Under the pieces are notes generated by a model. It was not told where the DNA came from. It saw only the letters and a list, made by a program, of their open reading frames with translations, and did not search any database. DNA of 64,000 nt from a virus. The stretch spans positions 32,001 to 96,000 of the IMG/VR virus record IMGVR_UViG_3300042565_001021. One strand, written 5' to 3'. Positions 1-10,282 of the stretch are shown here, piece after piece. A program made the position numbers and the translations under genes. Each line of letters starts with the position of its first letter. Positions within the stretch are counted from its first letter, which is position 1.

Positions 1-111
1 CGGCACTTCAAAGTCTGCCCGAAAGAAATACTTGCCGAAATACAACTTCGGAGTCGTAGTTACCTTATCAATCGAGAGCCATTCTTCCCATTGTTCTTTG
101 CTGAAATCCAT
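1..111 (-). CDS. Hypothetical protein, 5' part only (runs off the window)
   Basis: ATG at 111 just after the clpA stop; open to position 1 (MDFSKEQWEEW...). Confidence 0.6.
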   Translation of the reverse strand, partial: MDFSKEQWEEWLSIDKVTTTPKLYFGKYFFRADFEVP

Positions 112-123
112 TGGTGTTCTTTC

Positions 124-2418
124 TTAAGTGATTTGAATAAATCCGTCTTTATCTACCATCGGGTGAACATTACCAGTCATTGGCAACATCTCAGTAACGT
201 CGAACGTTACTTCTCCATTGACGAAGTCAATAGCAATGCTCGATCCGTTAGGCACCTTGTCGAACAGAATCTTCTTGGACAGCGGCACTTTAATAATAGA
301 ATTGATCTTACGCGACATTGGTCGTGCACCCATCTTAGAATCGAATCCCTCTGCTGCTAAGTGATCAATGATTGCGTCCGACAGCGTAAGCTTGATGTGC
401 TTATCAGCAAGTAGCTCGTTCACCTCATGCATGAACTTAACAACTACCTTACGAACACTATCAGGACCAAGATTATTAAACTTACAGATACCATCCAACC
501 GGTTGCGGAATTCTGGCTTAAAAAACTCTTTAATCGCTTTGTCGTCCTCTCCACTTCGTTGTAGGTCTCGTCCAAAGCCAATAGCGTTCTTCTCATTCTC
601 GGATGCTCCTAAGTTAGAGGTCATAATAACCATTACGTTCCTTGCGTCAGCTTTCTTGCCGTTGCTTGCTGTAATAGTTCCTTCATCCATTAGTGCGAGC
701 AGGATGTTAGTAACGTCTGGGTGAGCCTTTTCGATCTCATCAAACAGCAGGATGGAGTTCGGGTTCTTCTCGATCTCGCTAATAAGCAGACCGCCGCCGA
801 GGCTGCCATCTTCGTAGCCAACGTAGCCCGGAGGAGCGCCGATCAGCTTTGCTACGCTGTGACGTTCTTGGTACTCCGACATATCGAAGCGCAGTAGCTT
901 CATAGTTAGGTTAGCAGCAAGCAACTTAGCAAGCTCAGTCTTACCAGTTCCCGTTGGGCCTGTAAACAAGAAGCTACCCATTGGCTTGTTAATAGACTTT
1001 AACCCTGCGCGAGCGACATAAATCTTCTCAAGGATCTCATCAACTGCTGCGTCCTGTCCGAACAAGTGCTCTTTAATGTTGGACTCTAGGTCAGATAGTG
1101 AGCTAGCAACATGATCAGCACCGATTTGATCAGCTGGGATCTTAGTCAGCTTACTAATAACGTCGATGATGTTTGCTCGCGTAATCGTAAATGTACCACC
1201 GCGAATACGTTGTTTAGCGCAAGCTGTGTCAATAAGGTCAATGGCCTTATCTGGAAGCTTCTTGTCGGTCTGATAGCGAACACTTAGCTCAACTGCTGCA
1301 TCAATGGCTGCTTCGCTAATCGTTCCTTTGTGGAACTTCTCAAAGTGGCTACGCAGACCACGCAGAATGTCTTTAGCGACATCAACGGTAGGTTCAGTAA
1401 CCGTCATACGATAGAAACGGCGCATTAGGGCGCGATCCTTCTCAAACGACGTGGTGTATTCTTCCCATGTAGTAGAAGCGATGACTTTGATGTTGCCTTT
1501 GCTAAGAGCAGGCTTAATCATGTTAGCGAAATCTACCGAGGATCCGCTGCTACCTGCTCCGGCGCCGCGCATTTGGTGTGCCTCATCAATGAACAGGATG
1601 GTCTTGCCCTTGCTGTCAAGTGCCTTAAGAACATCCTTTAGCTTTTCTTCAAACTCGCCACGATACTTACTACCAGCAAGTAGCGATCCAATGTCTAGGT
1701 TATACACGACGTAGTCGAGCAAGTATTCTGGAACGTTGGCGTCGATAATTTGTAAAGCAAGACCTTCGGCAATAGCTGTCTTACCAACACCGGGGTCACC
1801 TACGAGCAACACGTTGCTCTTGTTGCGCTTGGCAAGAACTTCAGTGATTTCTTCCAGTTCTGCTTCGCGTCCGATAATTGGGTCAATCTTTCCTTCGGAA
1901 GCCTTTTCGTTAAGATTAGTACAATACTCTTCCAGGATGGAATCGGCTCGGGCTGCGGTCGCTTCCTTGTTGCCTTTTGCGTCGTTGTAATGCTTCTGGT
2001 AGAAACTAATTAGATCCCTGCGGTCAAGACCATACTTCGAATAAACGTATTGAGCATAACTGTTGCTCTCGCTTGCCAAGCTGATGAAAACATCGAGTAC
2101 CTGCATAGTGGAACGGCCGCTAAACAATACTTGAGTAAAGGCGCGGTTAAACACACGTTCCAGTGAGTGCGTCTTTTTCGGTACCGAATAATCCGGATCC
2201 TTACTAATCAAGTAATGCTGCAAGCTAAGGTAGTTTGTTAGATCCTGTTGGAGAGCAACAACATCTGCGCCAAAGTTCGCTAGCAGTTGATTGAATGGCT
2301 TGTAGCTAACTAATGCCAATGCCAGGTGTTCGAGAGTCACGTATTCATGATTCTGTACTTTTGCATTTGCAGTTGAATTTGCGACAATGACTTCAATTTC
2401 GGGGTTGGTCTGGATCAT
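124..2418 (-). CDS. clpA: ATP-dependent Clp protease ATP-binding subunit ClpA
   Basis: Clp N-domain (HEYVTLEHL); two AAA+ modules (GDPGVGKT/LFIDEAH and GPTGTGKT/LLFDEIEKAH); ClpP-docking IGF loop (NAIGFG). Confidence 0.95.
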   Translation of the reverse strand: MIQTNPEIEVIVANSTANAKVQNHEYVTLEHLALALVSYKPFNQLLANFGADVVALQQDLTNYLSLQHYLISKDPDYSVPKKTHSLERVFNRAFTQVLFSGRSTMQVLDVFISLASESNSYAQYVYSKYGLDRRDLISFYQKHYNDAKGNKEATAARADSILEEYCTNLNEKASEGKIDPIIGREAELEEITEVLAKRNKSNVLLVGDPGVGKTAIAEGLALQIIDANVPEYLLDYVVYNLDIGSLLAGSKYRGEFEEKLKDVLKALDSKGKTILFIDEAHQMRGAGAGSSGSSVDFANMIKPALSKGNIKVIASTTWEEYTTSFEKDRALMRRFYRMTVTEPTVDVAKDILRGLRSHFEKFHKGTISEAAIDAAVELSVRYQTDKKLPDKAIDLIDTACAKQRIRGGTFTITRANIIDVISKLTKIPADQIGADHVASSLSDLESNIKEHLFGQDAAVDEILEKIYVARAGLKSINKPMGSFLFTGPTGTGKTELAKLLAANLTMKLLRFDMSEYQERHSVAKLIGAPPGYVGYEDGSLGGGLLISEIEKNPNSILLFDEIEKAHPDVTNILLALMDEGTITASNGKKADARNVMVIMTSNLGASENEKNAIGFGRDLQRSGEDDKAIKEFFKPEFRNRLDGICKFNNLGPDSVRKVVVKFMHEVNELLADKHIKLTLSDAIIDHLAAEGFDSKMGARPMSRKINSIIKVPLSKKILFDKVPNGSSIAIDFVNGEVTFDVTEMLPMTGNVHPMVDKDGFIQIT

Positions 2419-2443
2419 AATGTCTCCGGGGTTATTAAAATAT

Positions 2444-3343
2444 TTATGGCTGAACTACGTTAGCGTTAACTATCTCTTTAATCTTTTCTAGTTCAGCGTC
2501 TGTTAGGTGCTGCAGAACGTGAACATCGGCTATGGCAATAAGCCTTCCTCTGCCTGGCTCGTTAGTTGAATACAATCCTTGGTTCGATAATCCAAACTTT
2601 GTACCATACTGCGTCCCGGGCGGAATTGTAAGCTTCAAAACTGTTCCATCCAGGCCACGTATTTCTTTCTCACATCCTACTATAGCTTCTAAACAATTTA
2701 CAGTAATCTGGGTCACTAAGTCAATTCCGTACTGCTCAAAGTTTGGATGTGGCCTAAAATGGAATTGGACAAACAGGTCTGCCCTAGGAGCGTCTTTAAC
2801 TGAATGGTCTCCAAGACCGGGATATCTGACAGTTGTGCCGTTTGTTACCCCTCGCGGAATCTTAATCTCGAGGTTCTCTTTCTCGTTCCCAGGCAATGTA
2901 ATGTTTATCGTCTTTGTTTGTTCTTTAAGATTATCGACTAAGTCGAGTTCCATCGAGATTCGAACATCTCGATTCGTCGGTTTCTTATTTTGGTGCTGTT
3001 GTTTAAACTGCGAGAAAGGATCACCACCAGCGCCATTACCTCCGAAGTTGAAACTGAAGCCGAACTGCTTCCTAAGTAGGTCAGCAATATCATCTTCGTT
3101 CATTTGCCTACTTCTGCCGCCTCCGAACCCAGAGTGTCTTGGACCGTATTCTAGCTCTTGGTCATACTCGGCTCGTTTCTGGTCATCAGATAGAATCTGA
3201 TAAGCGGTGTTAATCTCTTGGAACTTAGCAGTATCGCCACCTTTGTCCGGGTGGGTGGTACTTGCCTTTTTCTTATAAGCCTTCTTAATGTCGTGGCTTG
3301 TGGCAGTCTTATCAACTCCCAGAGCTTCGTAATGATTAGTCAT
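2444..3343 (-). CDS. DnaJ-class chaperone (CbpA-like, no zinc finger)
   Basis: J domain with HPD, G/F-rich linker, DnaJ C-terminal domain. Confidence 0.92.
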   Translation of the reverse strand: MTNHYEALGVDKTATSHDIKKAYKKKASTTHPDKGGDTAKFQEINTAYQILSDDQKRAEYDQELEYGPRHSGFGGGRSRQMNEDDIADLLRKQFGFSFNFGGNGAGGDPFSQFKQQHQNKKPTNRDVRISMELDLVDNLKEQTKTINITLPGNEKENLEIKIPRGVTNGTTVRYPGLGDHSVKDAPRADLFVQFHFRPHPNFEQYGIDLVTQITVNCLEAIVGCEKEIRGLDGTVLKLTIPPGTQYGTKFGLSNQGLYSTNEPGRGRLIAIADVHVLQHLTDAELEKIKEIVNANVVQP

Positions 3344-3389
3344 ATGTGATAATTATGCGCTAATTACGCACATAAGTCAAATATTTTGG

Positions 3390-3815
3390 TTAGACCTTAA
3401 CACCTGGAATATTTGGTAAATCTGGTACTTTTGGAATTGCAGGGATAACAGGAGCAGAAGCTCCGTTTTGCGGTAACTTTTCTTCTCTAGGGTTATGCGT
3501 AGTTGGTCCTTGCGTTACCAGTTTGACTACTACTGGAGCAATCCAGGCAGCAGCATATAGACCGAAATACCCTTCGGTCATCTTACCTATTAACGTAAGC
3601 TCGACCATCATCCAACTAGTTAATGAAAACGCACCCATCATGACAACCGCGGCTTTAGACACATGCCCGTTCTCCATTAGTAGGTCGAGAACGTTAAAGT
3701 CATTATCTGGTCGACGGTGTAAGCTAATGCCAGCAACGACAATCAGCACAACAAAAATACTTAAGGCAATTACCATGCCGTTGGTCTGAGTGAAAAGAGA
3801 AAGAAAGTTTTCCAT
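3390..3815 (-). CDS. Membrane protein, holin candidate
   Basis: About 3 hydrophobic segments; last gene of the endolysin-spanin run. Confidence 0.5.
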   Translation of the reverse strand: MENFLSLFTQTNGMVIALSIFVVLIVVAGISLHRRPDNDFNVLDLLMENGHVSKAAVVMMGAFSLTSWMMVELTLIGKMTEGYFGLYAAAWIAPVVVKLVTQGPTTHNPREEKLPQNGASAPVIPAIPKVPDLPNIPGVKV

Positions 3816-4105
3816 TACTTAAATACTTTCTTCTGCTCAGTTACCCAATTTTGCCAACTAAAAATAGTTTCACGGTAGACGTTACATTGCGTATAGTTGT
3901 CAGTGATTACCTTAGAGACTGTAGTAAATGGTATCCCGCTATCTGTCTTATCTGTTAAACTAATTTCTGTGGGCCACTGCCCAACTGTTTTCAGTTCAAC
4001 CGGCTTTTCCATTAACTTAGCTGGCGGCTCAGGAAACTTCATTGGTTCTACGCTTGCGCAAGATACTGTTAAGAACGGTATTGCTAAGATTAGAAATAAT
4101 TTCAT
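3815..4105 (-). CDS. Outer-membrane spanin (Rz1-like lipoprotein)
   Basis: Signal peptide with lipobox LTVSC, Pro-rich region, second Cys; coupled to the i-spanin gene. Confidence 0.75.
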   Translation of the reverse strand: MKLFLILAIPFLTVSCASVEPMKFPEPPAKLMEKPVELKTVGQWPTEISLTDKTDSGIPFTTVSKVITDNYTQCNVYRETIFSWQNWVTEQKKVFK

Positions 4106-4461
4106 GGCTTTTCTCCTACTGGAACACCTTTAACTGCGCGGTCGTGTATAACAACAAAGTTTTTAGGAATAACACATCCATCGTTGCTGAGATACCGATC
4201 AACGTATTCTGTAATTGTGTCGCCCTTTTGTGTTACTGTTTTAACGCGGTCGATGTATTTGACTACTTCTTTAATCGTAACCTCTTTTGACGCAGCTTCA
4301 AGCTTTACGATTAGGGCTGCTGTTTCTGCCTTTTCTAAATCCCACTTAGCTTGAACGTCGTGGCGACCTTTAAAGTAAGCAGAGCCGAGAATGCCGGCAA
4401 TGATGGCAACTATTATAATTTGCTTCCAAGGGAGCGAAGCTAGCATTGTGACAGGTATCAT
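4102..4461 (-). CDS. Inner-membrane spanin (Rz-like)
   Basis: N-terminal TM helix, coiled coil, C-terminal Cys; follows the endolysin. Confidence 0.75.
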   Translation of the reverse strand: MIPVTMLASLPWKQIIIVAIIAGILGSAYFKGRHDVQAKWDLEKAETAALIVKLEAASKEVTIKEVVKYIDRVKTVTQKGDTITEYVDRYLSNDGCVIPKNFVVIHDRAVKGVPVGEKP

Positions 4462-4463
4462 GA

Positions 4464-5093
4464 TTATCCTTTCAGTATGTCGATTGCTCGTTCATACCGT
4501 GCTATTCTGGAGCTCAATCCATGAGTTCCACCGTTAATACGCTTTGTAATAAGCGTTATGTTTTGCGCGCCAGCTATTTCATTTAGGTTGTTGGTTGTCC
4601 AGAACCAACAAGCTGACTCAACCGCGCCTTCTGGAGTAAGTAGATAGTCAGGATCTTCTAAAAGACGTAGATCATCGAACTTAGCATTGCTAAATGCAAC
4701 GTAGTTGTTCTTACCTGTGATTTGAATAATGCCGCGTCCGCGATACTTCCATCCGTCACCGCTTGCTTCGTTGCCGTTGCCCATCCTGTCAGCGTACACC
4801 TTGTTAGCAATCTTCTCAGGTTTGCGATGATAACCTTGTGCTGTTTCTTCTGTGAAACGTTTCGGCCAAGTTTTAACCAGACCAGCGGCACTATAGTTTA
4901 GGTTTTCGGTTAGACGAGTAAAGTCTGCTGACTCATGTCCCATTTGCGCTAAGAACGCAGAAACCCTTGGTAAGGTATTAATTTGGTAATTCAGAAGTAT
5001 TACATTAAGAGCGACGAACCAGGCTTCGGGAGTCTTGTTAGTTGGAATTGTCTTAGCAAGCTTCTCTATAGTAAAGTCGAAGTCGAAGCTCAT
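4464..5093 (-). CDS. Glycoside hydrolase family 19 endolysin
   Basis: FLAQMGHES, ENLNYS, YRGRGIIQITGKNNY, TKRINGG motifs. Confidence 0.93.
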   Translation of the reverse strand: MSFDFDFTIEKLAKTIPTNKTPEAWFVALNVILLNYQINTLPRVSAFLAQMGHESADFTRLTENLNYSAAGLVKTWPKRFTEETAQGYHRKPEKIANKVYADRMGNGNEASGDGWKYRGRGIIQITGKNNYVAFSNAKFDDLRLLEDPDYLLTPEGAVESACWFWTTNNLNEIAGAQNITLITKRINGGTHGLSSRIARYERAIDILKG

Positions 5094-5095
5094 TT

Positions 5096-5671
5096 TTACC
5101 GGATCCCTGCTGCTACCTGTATATCAATCAAGTCGCGGCTTGTTTTAGCCGCCGGCTTAACTTTAACTCCAGATATTGCTCTTAGGTGGTTTAGCTCGAT
5201 GCTTTCTTCTAAGCTCTCGCCTGTTTTTATTTCGTACTCAGCCGACGAATTGATAATCTTCTTAAACAAGTTCTCTTCGGTAACTGGAAGACGATCAGCA
5301 CCCTTATAGTAAGTAAATGACCAGTCTTCTAACTCTTGCTCAGTGAGATTCATCATATCAACTAGCATCGTGTAAATGTTTTTAGCTGCGTTTGTTTTAC
5401 GCTGAAGTTCAATGAAGACCATGTAATTACCGTCAGATGTTTCACCGCTACTTACGTCTGCGTCTAGCACCCAGTCATAGCTCTTTTCAATAAAGTTAAC
5501 TAGATCGTCGGCTGGCTCTTTACCTAGCACAGTAAAGCCTACAACAACAATGTCTTTATCCTCGCCCATTTTACTGCGGAACTCGTCAATGGACATGATT
5601 GGATTCACTACCCTTGCTAGGTCTCCGTATTCAACTCCCTCTGAGACTAACTTAGAACTGTTGCTGCGCAT
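5096..5671 (-). CDS. Hypothetical protein (probable start at 5671)
   Basis: The ORF-track extension to 5854 overlaps the upstream gene; MRSNSSKLVSE start is more plausible. Confidence 0.65.
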   Translation of the reverse strand: MRSNSSKLVSEGVEYGDLARVVNPIMSIDEFRSKMGEDKDIVVVGFTVLGKEPADDLVNFIEKSYDWVLDADVSSGETSDGNYMVFIELQRKTNAAKNIYTMLVDMMNLTEQELEDWSFTYYKGADRLPVTEENLFKKIINSSAEYEIKTGESLEESIELNHLRAISGVKVKPAAKTSRDLIDIQVAAGIR

Positions 5672-6248
5672 TTGGTGGCCCTCCCATCTGTTGTTGTGCT
5701 GGATCCATTGGTGCTCCACCCATATTACCTGCCATTGGGTCCATTCCCTGATCTTGCGTTTCGCTCTGATCGGCTTCCTCTTCGTAAGCCTCCTCGACAT
5801 CATCGATATCAAGCTTCTCATTTTCAACTTCAATGGATCCTTGATGGATCTCATTGATAAGCTTCTTGGGCATAGTAATAGTCACTAGCCAAATTGGCAC
5901 TGTTTTAGTTTTGGCCATCTTAGTGCCTGGGCGGAAGTCGTCTTCGGACTTTGGCTTTACTGGATACTCGAGCTCGTCTTTCTTGTATAGCACTTCGCAG
6001 TTGTAGTTTAGCAACTGCTCTCCGCCCCTTGGGTCAGGCATTTTAGAATGAGGCCACATAAAAGTACAAGTCACGAAGTATTTCTCGTACTCTGGGCCAG
6101 CGACTAGTTCACCTAGTTTCCAGTTACGGAAAGCGTACACATCTAGCTCGTCGATCACGCGTTCAAAGTTCAATAGAGTATCCAAAGCTGAATCGCTTAG
6201 GTAAATCTCTTTTACGTTTTCAAGGGCACTTTTAATACTCTGTGGCAT
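5652..6248 (-). CDS. Hypothetical protein with acidic and Gln/Pro-rich tail
   Basis: 198-aa ORF; TAAATA promoter motif just upstream. Confidence 0.7.
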   Translation of the reverse strand: MPQSIKSALENVKEIYLSDSALDTLLNFERVIDELDVYAFRNWKLGELVAGPEYEKYFVTCTFMWPHSKMPDPRGGEQLLNYNCEVLYKKDELEYPVKPKSEDDFRPGTKMAKTKTVPIWLVTITMPKKLINEIHQGSIEVENEKLDIDDVEEAYEEEADQSETQDQGMDPMAGNMGGAPMDPAQQQMGGPPNAQQQF

Positions 6249-6273
6249 AATAGTTAATCTATCCAGTTATCTA

Positions 6274-7317
6274 TTATTTAGCCTTTTTAGCGATGTTTTC
6301 TTTGTAGAAAGCCTCTTGATTAAAGACAGTCGAGTTCCACACTACCAGGTTCTTTAACGCTTTTTTAGTAGTTAAGTCCTCTAGCTTACGCAATGCTATG
6401 CTTACGTCGTTTCCAATGAGCCACAGGTATTTCCCAGTTTCCTTCTCGATCGCAGCAACAGATTCGGGATCAGTTAGCATTTTAGTCAGGGCTTGTCGTA
6501 ATGCCTTTGTGTTAGGGTTGTTCTTGCTTACCCAAAGACTCTTTTGGAGTACGTCTCGGTAATGCTTAACAAGAAGATACATCTCATAAAACTCGCCGGA
6601 CGGATAAACTCCCCACTTTGCTTTGAACACTTCTTCGAACACTGGATAGCTATCAGCAACGACTTTACCTGTCTTTAAATTCAGCACACCAGCAGAGTAC
6701 CATAGCACAAACTCTGGCTTCATGTAATGCTTCATGTACGTCGCCGGTGTTTCGCGAGTTACGTTTAGCTCGCCGCGCAGGTAAGCTAATCCTCTTTCGT
6801 TGCCTTTCATACCTTTAACATACTTGACTTTTTCGTTGTAGCATTTCTTGTACTCTTCTATTCTTGCTTTAGGTCCGCACGCCATCATTGTAATGGATAG
6901 CATGTCAGGATTCGTACCAGACGAATAAGCAAACTTTACCCCGTCGAACGGATTTGAGTCCTTACGGTGCCCGACGACGATAGTCAGATTCTGTAGGCCA
7001 ATGGGATCGTAATCTCTGTATTCGTAATCAACCTGGTGGATAAGGTAAGATTCGCCGTTTCCGCCGTGCCCTAGCATAATTGTCTTTGAGTCTTTTTGTA
7101 GTTCATTGTGAAACTTGTTAAACCCTGGGATATCGTTTGCTCCGGGGATGTGCACTAGTACTATCTTCTCGCCTAGTGCTTTCTCTAGTTCCTTTGCTAT
7201 AATGCTTCCCCATACACTTGTTCCTTGTCCTGGACTTTGCGGGATGATTAGCTTATAATCTGCTACTGCGAACGCGCTTAGTAATGCCAGTGCTAGTGCT
7301 AAAATATACTTTTTCAT
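6274..7317 (-). CDS. tctC: Tripartite tricarboxylate transporter substrate-binding protein (TctC/Bug-like)
   Basis: Signal peptide, IIPQSPGQGTSVW...IPGA motif; same operon as TctA. Confidence 0.7.
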   Translation of the reverse strand: MKKYILALALALLSAFAVADYKLIIPQSPGQGTSVWGSIIAKELEKALGEKIVLVHIPGANDIPGFNKFHNELQKDSKTIMLGHGGNGESYLIHQVDYEYRDYDPIGLQNLTIVVGHRKDSNPFDGVKFAYSSGTNPDMLSITMMACGPKARIEEYKKCYNEKVKYVKGMKGNERGLAYLRGELNVTRETPATYMKHYMKPEFVLWYSAGVLNLKTGKVVADSYPVFEEVFKAKWGVYPSGEFYEMYLLVKHYRDVLQKSLWVSKNNPNTKALRQALTKMLTDPESVAAIEKETGKYLWLIGNDVSIALRKLEDLTTKKALKNLVVWNSTVFNQEAFYKENIAKKAK

Positions 7318-7328
7318 TTCCTCTCCTT

Positions 7329-8213
7329 TTAATTATACGTTGCTAGTACTCTTTCAGCCTTTGTTGTAATTGTGTTTTTTGCTGCCAATGGGTCATGCTG
7401 CACGTCCACTAGCTGTGCAGCATGCCAGGCCTCTAAGTTTCTAGTTGCATACTCGGTCTGTTCAACTGATAGCGGTCCTATTGCTGCTTCTAAAGTTTCT
7501 AAGAAGCGATCAGTGATTCCAAAACGCAAAGCTGAGTACGGTAGCTCTATAGCGTCTGAGATGTACGTGCTTGCCTTTGCTTCAAAGTATTCAGTTGTGT
7601 GCCACGAATAGTTCAGCATGGAATACAACATTAAAGTTTTTACATCAGCGTTGTCTGTATCTTGTAAGAATGTCAATAACTCAGTAGCTTTTGCAGGCGG
7701 CACAAGAGTAACTAAATGGTCTGCACACATTTGCCTTCGGCTTAATATTATGTTCTGATCGTAGGCCACTCTGTTTGTACAATTTGTAAGCACGTACTTA
7801 GAGAATCCATTTATCTTACATACAATCGAATCGACCGGAGTACAAGTAATGTCAATGATCTTAGCTGTCGGAAATATTTCGCGGTATACTGGGATATTAT
7901 GGTAATCGTGTGAAATTTCTACCACCGGAGTCAGGTCCCTTGCACGGGGATCTACTGATTTTGTAGTCTCTTCCAACATACATGCCCTTAGGTCTGCTGC
8001 CGTTGGGCTCGCATACTTTTGCCCCAATGGGGCACTTATCCAGAGCCCCGTATGAATCAATATTCCTTGAGAATTAGCTTCTCCATGCAAATCTAAGGGT
8101 ACATCAGCATAGTTTGCATCGAGTAACTTTTGTAACAGACTCCCTACAAATCTTCCGCCGGCTCCATGACGATACATAACAATGTAATACTGCCTATCAA
8201 AAACACTAGACAT
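7329..8213 (-). CDS. Hypothetical protein, possible P-loop/sulfotransferase-like fold
   Basis: N-terminal YRHGAGGRFVGSLL Gly-rich loop. Confidence 0.45.
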   Translation of the reverse strand: MSSVFDRQYYIVMYRHGAGGRFVGSLLQKLLDANYADVPLDLHGEANSQGILIHTGLWISAPLGQKYASPTAADLRACMLEETTKSVDPRARDLTPVVEISHDYHNIPVYREIFPTAKIIDITCTPVDSIVCKINGFSKYVLTNCTNRVAYDQNIILSRRQMCADHLVTLVPPAKATELLTFLQDTDNADVKTLMLYSMLNYSWHTTEYFEAKASTYISDAIELPYSALRFGITDRFLETLEAAIGPLSVEQTEYATRNLEAWHAAQLVDVQHDPLAAKNTITTKAERVLATYN

Positions 8214-9654
8214 ACTTTACTTCTCCCTGGTGATAAAATAGCCCGTACACTAGTGCACAGACAGTTACTAATATAGTTATCCCGCTTATGGGCCTGGTTA
8301 GAATATCAGTTAGTCCATACAGAGAGGAGTATTGAATGAAGCTGTTCTCTATCCTGTGTGCCAGAACAAACCCAATGATAAACGCTGCCCTGCTTAGTTT
8401 TAGATATCGCATCCCTATGCCAGCTGCGCAACAGATAGCAAACATAACGTAGTCTTCCCAGTATCCAGTGTATTGAACGCACGACCAGAGTATCAGAGCA
8501 AACAAGATCCAAAAGTAATACTTAAACGGAATCAGCGTGATCAGCGTAGCCCAGCGGATAAAGAACATAGCAATAACAAATGTCAGACCTAATGCCCACA
8601 AGTAGGAGCCAAACAGCACATCAAAGAACTTTGTGTCGTTTAGCAATGATGGCGTCCCTAACTCTAAGCCTACCATTACAAACAAGCTCATAATGATTGC
8701 CTCGAACGGCGCAGCAGGGATTCCAAATAAGACCGTAGGAACATACGCTGTTGCCTTCTGTGCGTTGTTAGCACCTTCGCAGCCTATTACACCTTTAACA
8801 TTACCTGTGCCGAACGGTATCTTTTCGTGTTTGTTAAATGCCACGGTCTGTCCATACGACAGCCAATCAACTATGTTGCCGCCCACTCCGGGAAGCATTC
8901 CGAATACCCCACCAACTGCTCCACCGCGTAACCCGTCCCATCTGTGTATCCAGCTGTCTATAAACCCTTGCCGGATCTGTCCCCAAATGTGCCTTGACTT
9001 TATCTTCAGGAATTCTATCTTTACACGGTACGACTCTAACAGCTCCGGAATGGCTAAGATTCCGGCTAGAACTGGCATGATTTGAACGCCGTCTCGGAGG
9101 TAATACCAGCCAAAAGTAAACCGTTCTGCTCCACTTTCGTTCTGCCCTATTAACCCGACTAATATGCCAATCCCTAGCGCAATAATACCTCTGAACCAAT
9201 ATTCGCTGTTAACAAACACGACACACACCATTGCCAGAATAAGCAGGGCTAAGATCTCTGGGATTGCTATGTGTAACACAGCTTGTCCGTAGAATGGAAG
9301 GAACGCAAAGACTAACACTCCCCATAGCAGCCCGTTAACAGTAGAGGTAGTTATTGCTGCGCTCAGCGCTCTTGCGCCTTCTCCGCGTTTAGCCATTGGA
9401 AACCCGTCTACCATAGTAGCGGCTGATCCGGAGGCCCCGGGTATGTTCATCATTATGCTTGAGAACGAGTCTCCAATTGTGACAGACACAACAATTGCCG
9501 TCGTGAATATAACAAGTAGGTAAGGGTCTGCTCTGAATACATCAATGAAGCTGTAAATCGTAAGCAGAGCTGTAGCAGCACCAGCGACAGGTATGATACC
9601 AAAAAGGAAGCCGTACAGCGTTCCACCTAGTAAGGCAAGTAAGTATTCTATCAT
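8206..9654 (-). CDS. tctA: Tripartite tricarboxylate transporter permease TctA
   Basis: Polytopic membrane protein with NIPGASGSAATMVDGFPMAKRGE, GMLPGVGG, EGANNA, LFGIP motifs. Confidence 0.9.
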   Translation of the reverse strand: MIEYLLALLGGTLYGFLFGIIPVAGAATALLTIYSFIDVFRADPYLLVIFTTAIVVSVTIGDSFSSIMMNIPGASGSAATMVDGFPMAKRGEGARALSAAITTSTVNGLLWGVLVFAFLPFYGQAVLHIAIPEILALLILAMVCVVFVNSEYWFRGIIALGIGILVGLIGQNESGAERFTFGWYYLRDGVQIMPVLAGILAIPELLESYRVKIEFLKIKSRHIWGQIRQGFIDSWIHRWDGLRGGAVGGVFGMLPGVGGNIVDWLSYGQTVAFNKHEKIPFGTGNVKGVIGCEGANNAQKATAYVPTVLFGIPAAPFEAIIMSLFVMVGLELGTPSLLNDTKFFDVLFGSYLWALGLTFVIAMFFIRWATLITLIPFKYYFWILFALILWSCVQYTGYWEDYVMFAICCAAGIGMRYLKLSRAAFIIGFVLAHRIENSFIQYSSLYGLTDILTRPISGITILVTVCALVYGLFYHQGEVKYV

Positions 9655-10253
9655 TTAATGAGGGTGATTAGGATATCGGGCTTCTGTAACGAAACTTCAA
9701 CCTTGGCTCCAATTTCTTTCTCTATCCACTCTGAACTATAGTGCGACCAAGTTGCGTTACGCTTATGCGCAAATTCTAGTATCTTTTGATTTTGTTTAGT
9801 AATCTCGCATAACATACCGGCGCTATCCTTGTAAGCAGAATAGTTAGGGTAGGTTATATTAAACCCGCCGGCTTCGTGCCACCAGGCATAGCTAGCCATG
9901 TCATGACGATATACAAGTATAATCCAATCGTCCGGAAAAATTTTTTCAATGACATCAAATCGGTATGGCCAGTCGTGACTCTTAAGCAATTTAGTGCCGC
10001 CCTTAGTTGCCCAAGGAAGATCGAGATACTGATGTAGGAAGGTAACATTAAACTTCTCTAATGCAGAGTCATATTCCATTCCTCGACCAAAGTACACACC
10101 TTTGTGCCCTTTAAAAGATTTAATGTCGTAGTTGCGACCTTCTATTCTATCGCTTGTGTTAAATCCTAGGATCTGTTCTATGTCTTGTGCTATTGCTGAC
10201 CAATGTGAACCGGGCACACCAGTAAAGAAGATTTTGTCAGGTAATGTAATCAT
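9651..10253 (-). CDS. Sulfotransferase-like/P-loop hypothetical protein
   Basis: IFFTGVPGSHWS, LLKSH, IILVYR segments. Confidence 0.45.
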   Translation of the reverse strand: MITLPDKIFFTGVPGSHWSAIAQDIEQILGFNTSDRIEGRNYDIKSFKGHKGVYFGRGMEYDSALEKFNVTFLHQYLDLPWATKGGTKLLKSHDWPYRFDVIEKIFPDDWIILVYRHDMASYAWWHEAGGFNITYPNYSAYKDSAGMLCEITKQNQKILEFAHKRNATWSHYSSEWIEKEIGAKVEVSLQKPDILITLIK

Positions 10254-10282
10254 ACAGTATTTAGTGTTCAGATAAATACACT
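10254..10282. promoter_or_regulatory. Divergent pair of late promoters (TAAATA)
   Basis: TAAATA at 10258-10263 (-) and 10273-10278 (+), each 4 nt from a start codon. Confidence 0.65.
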
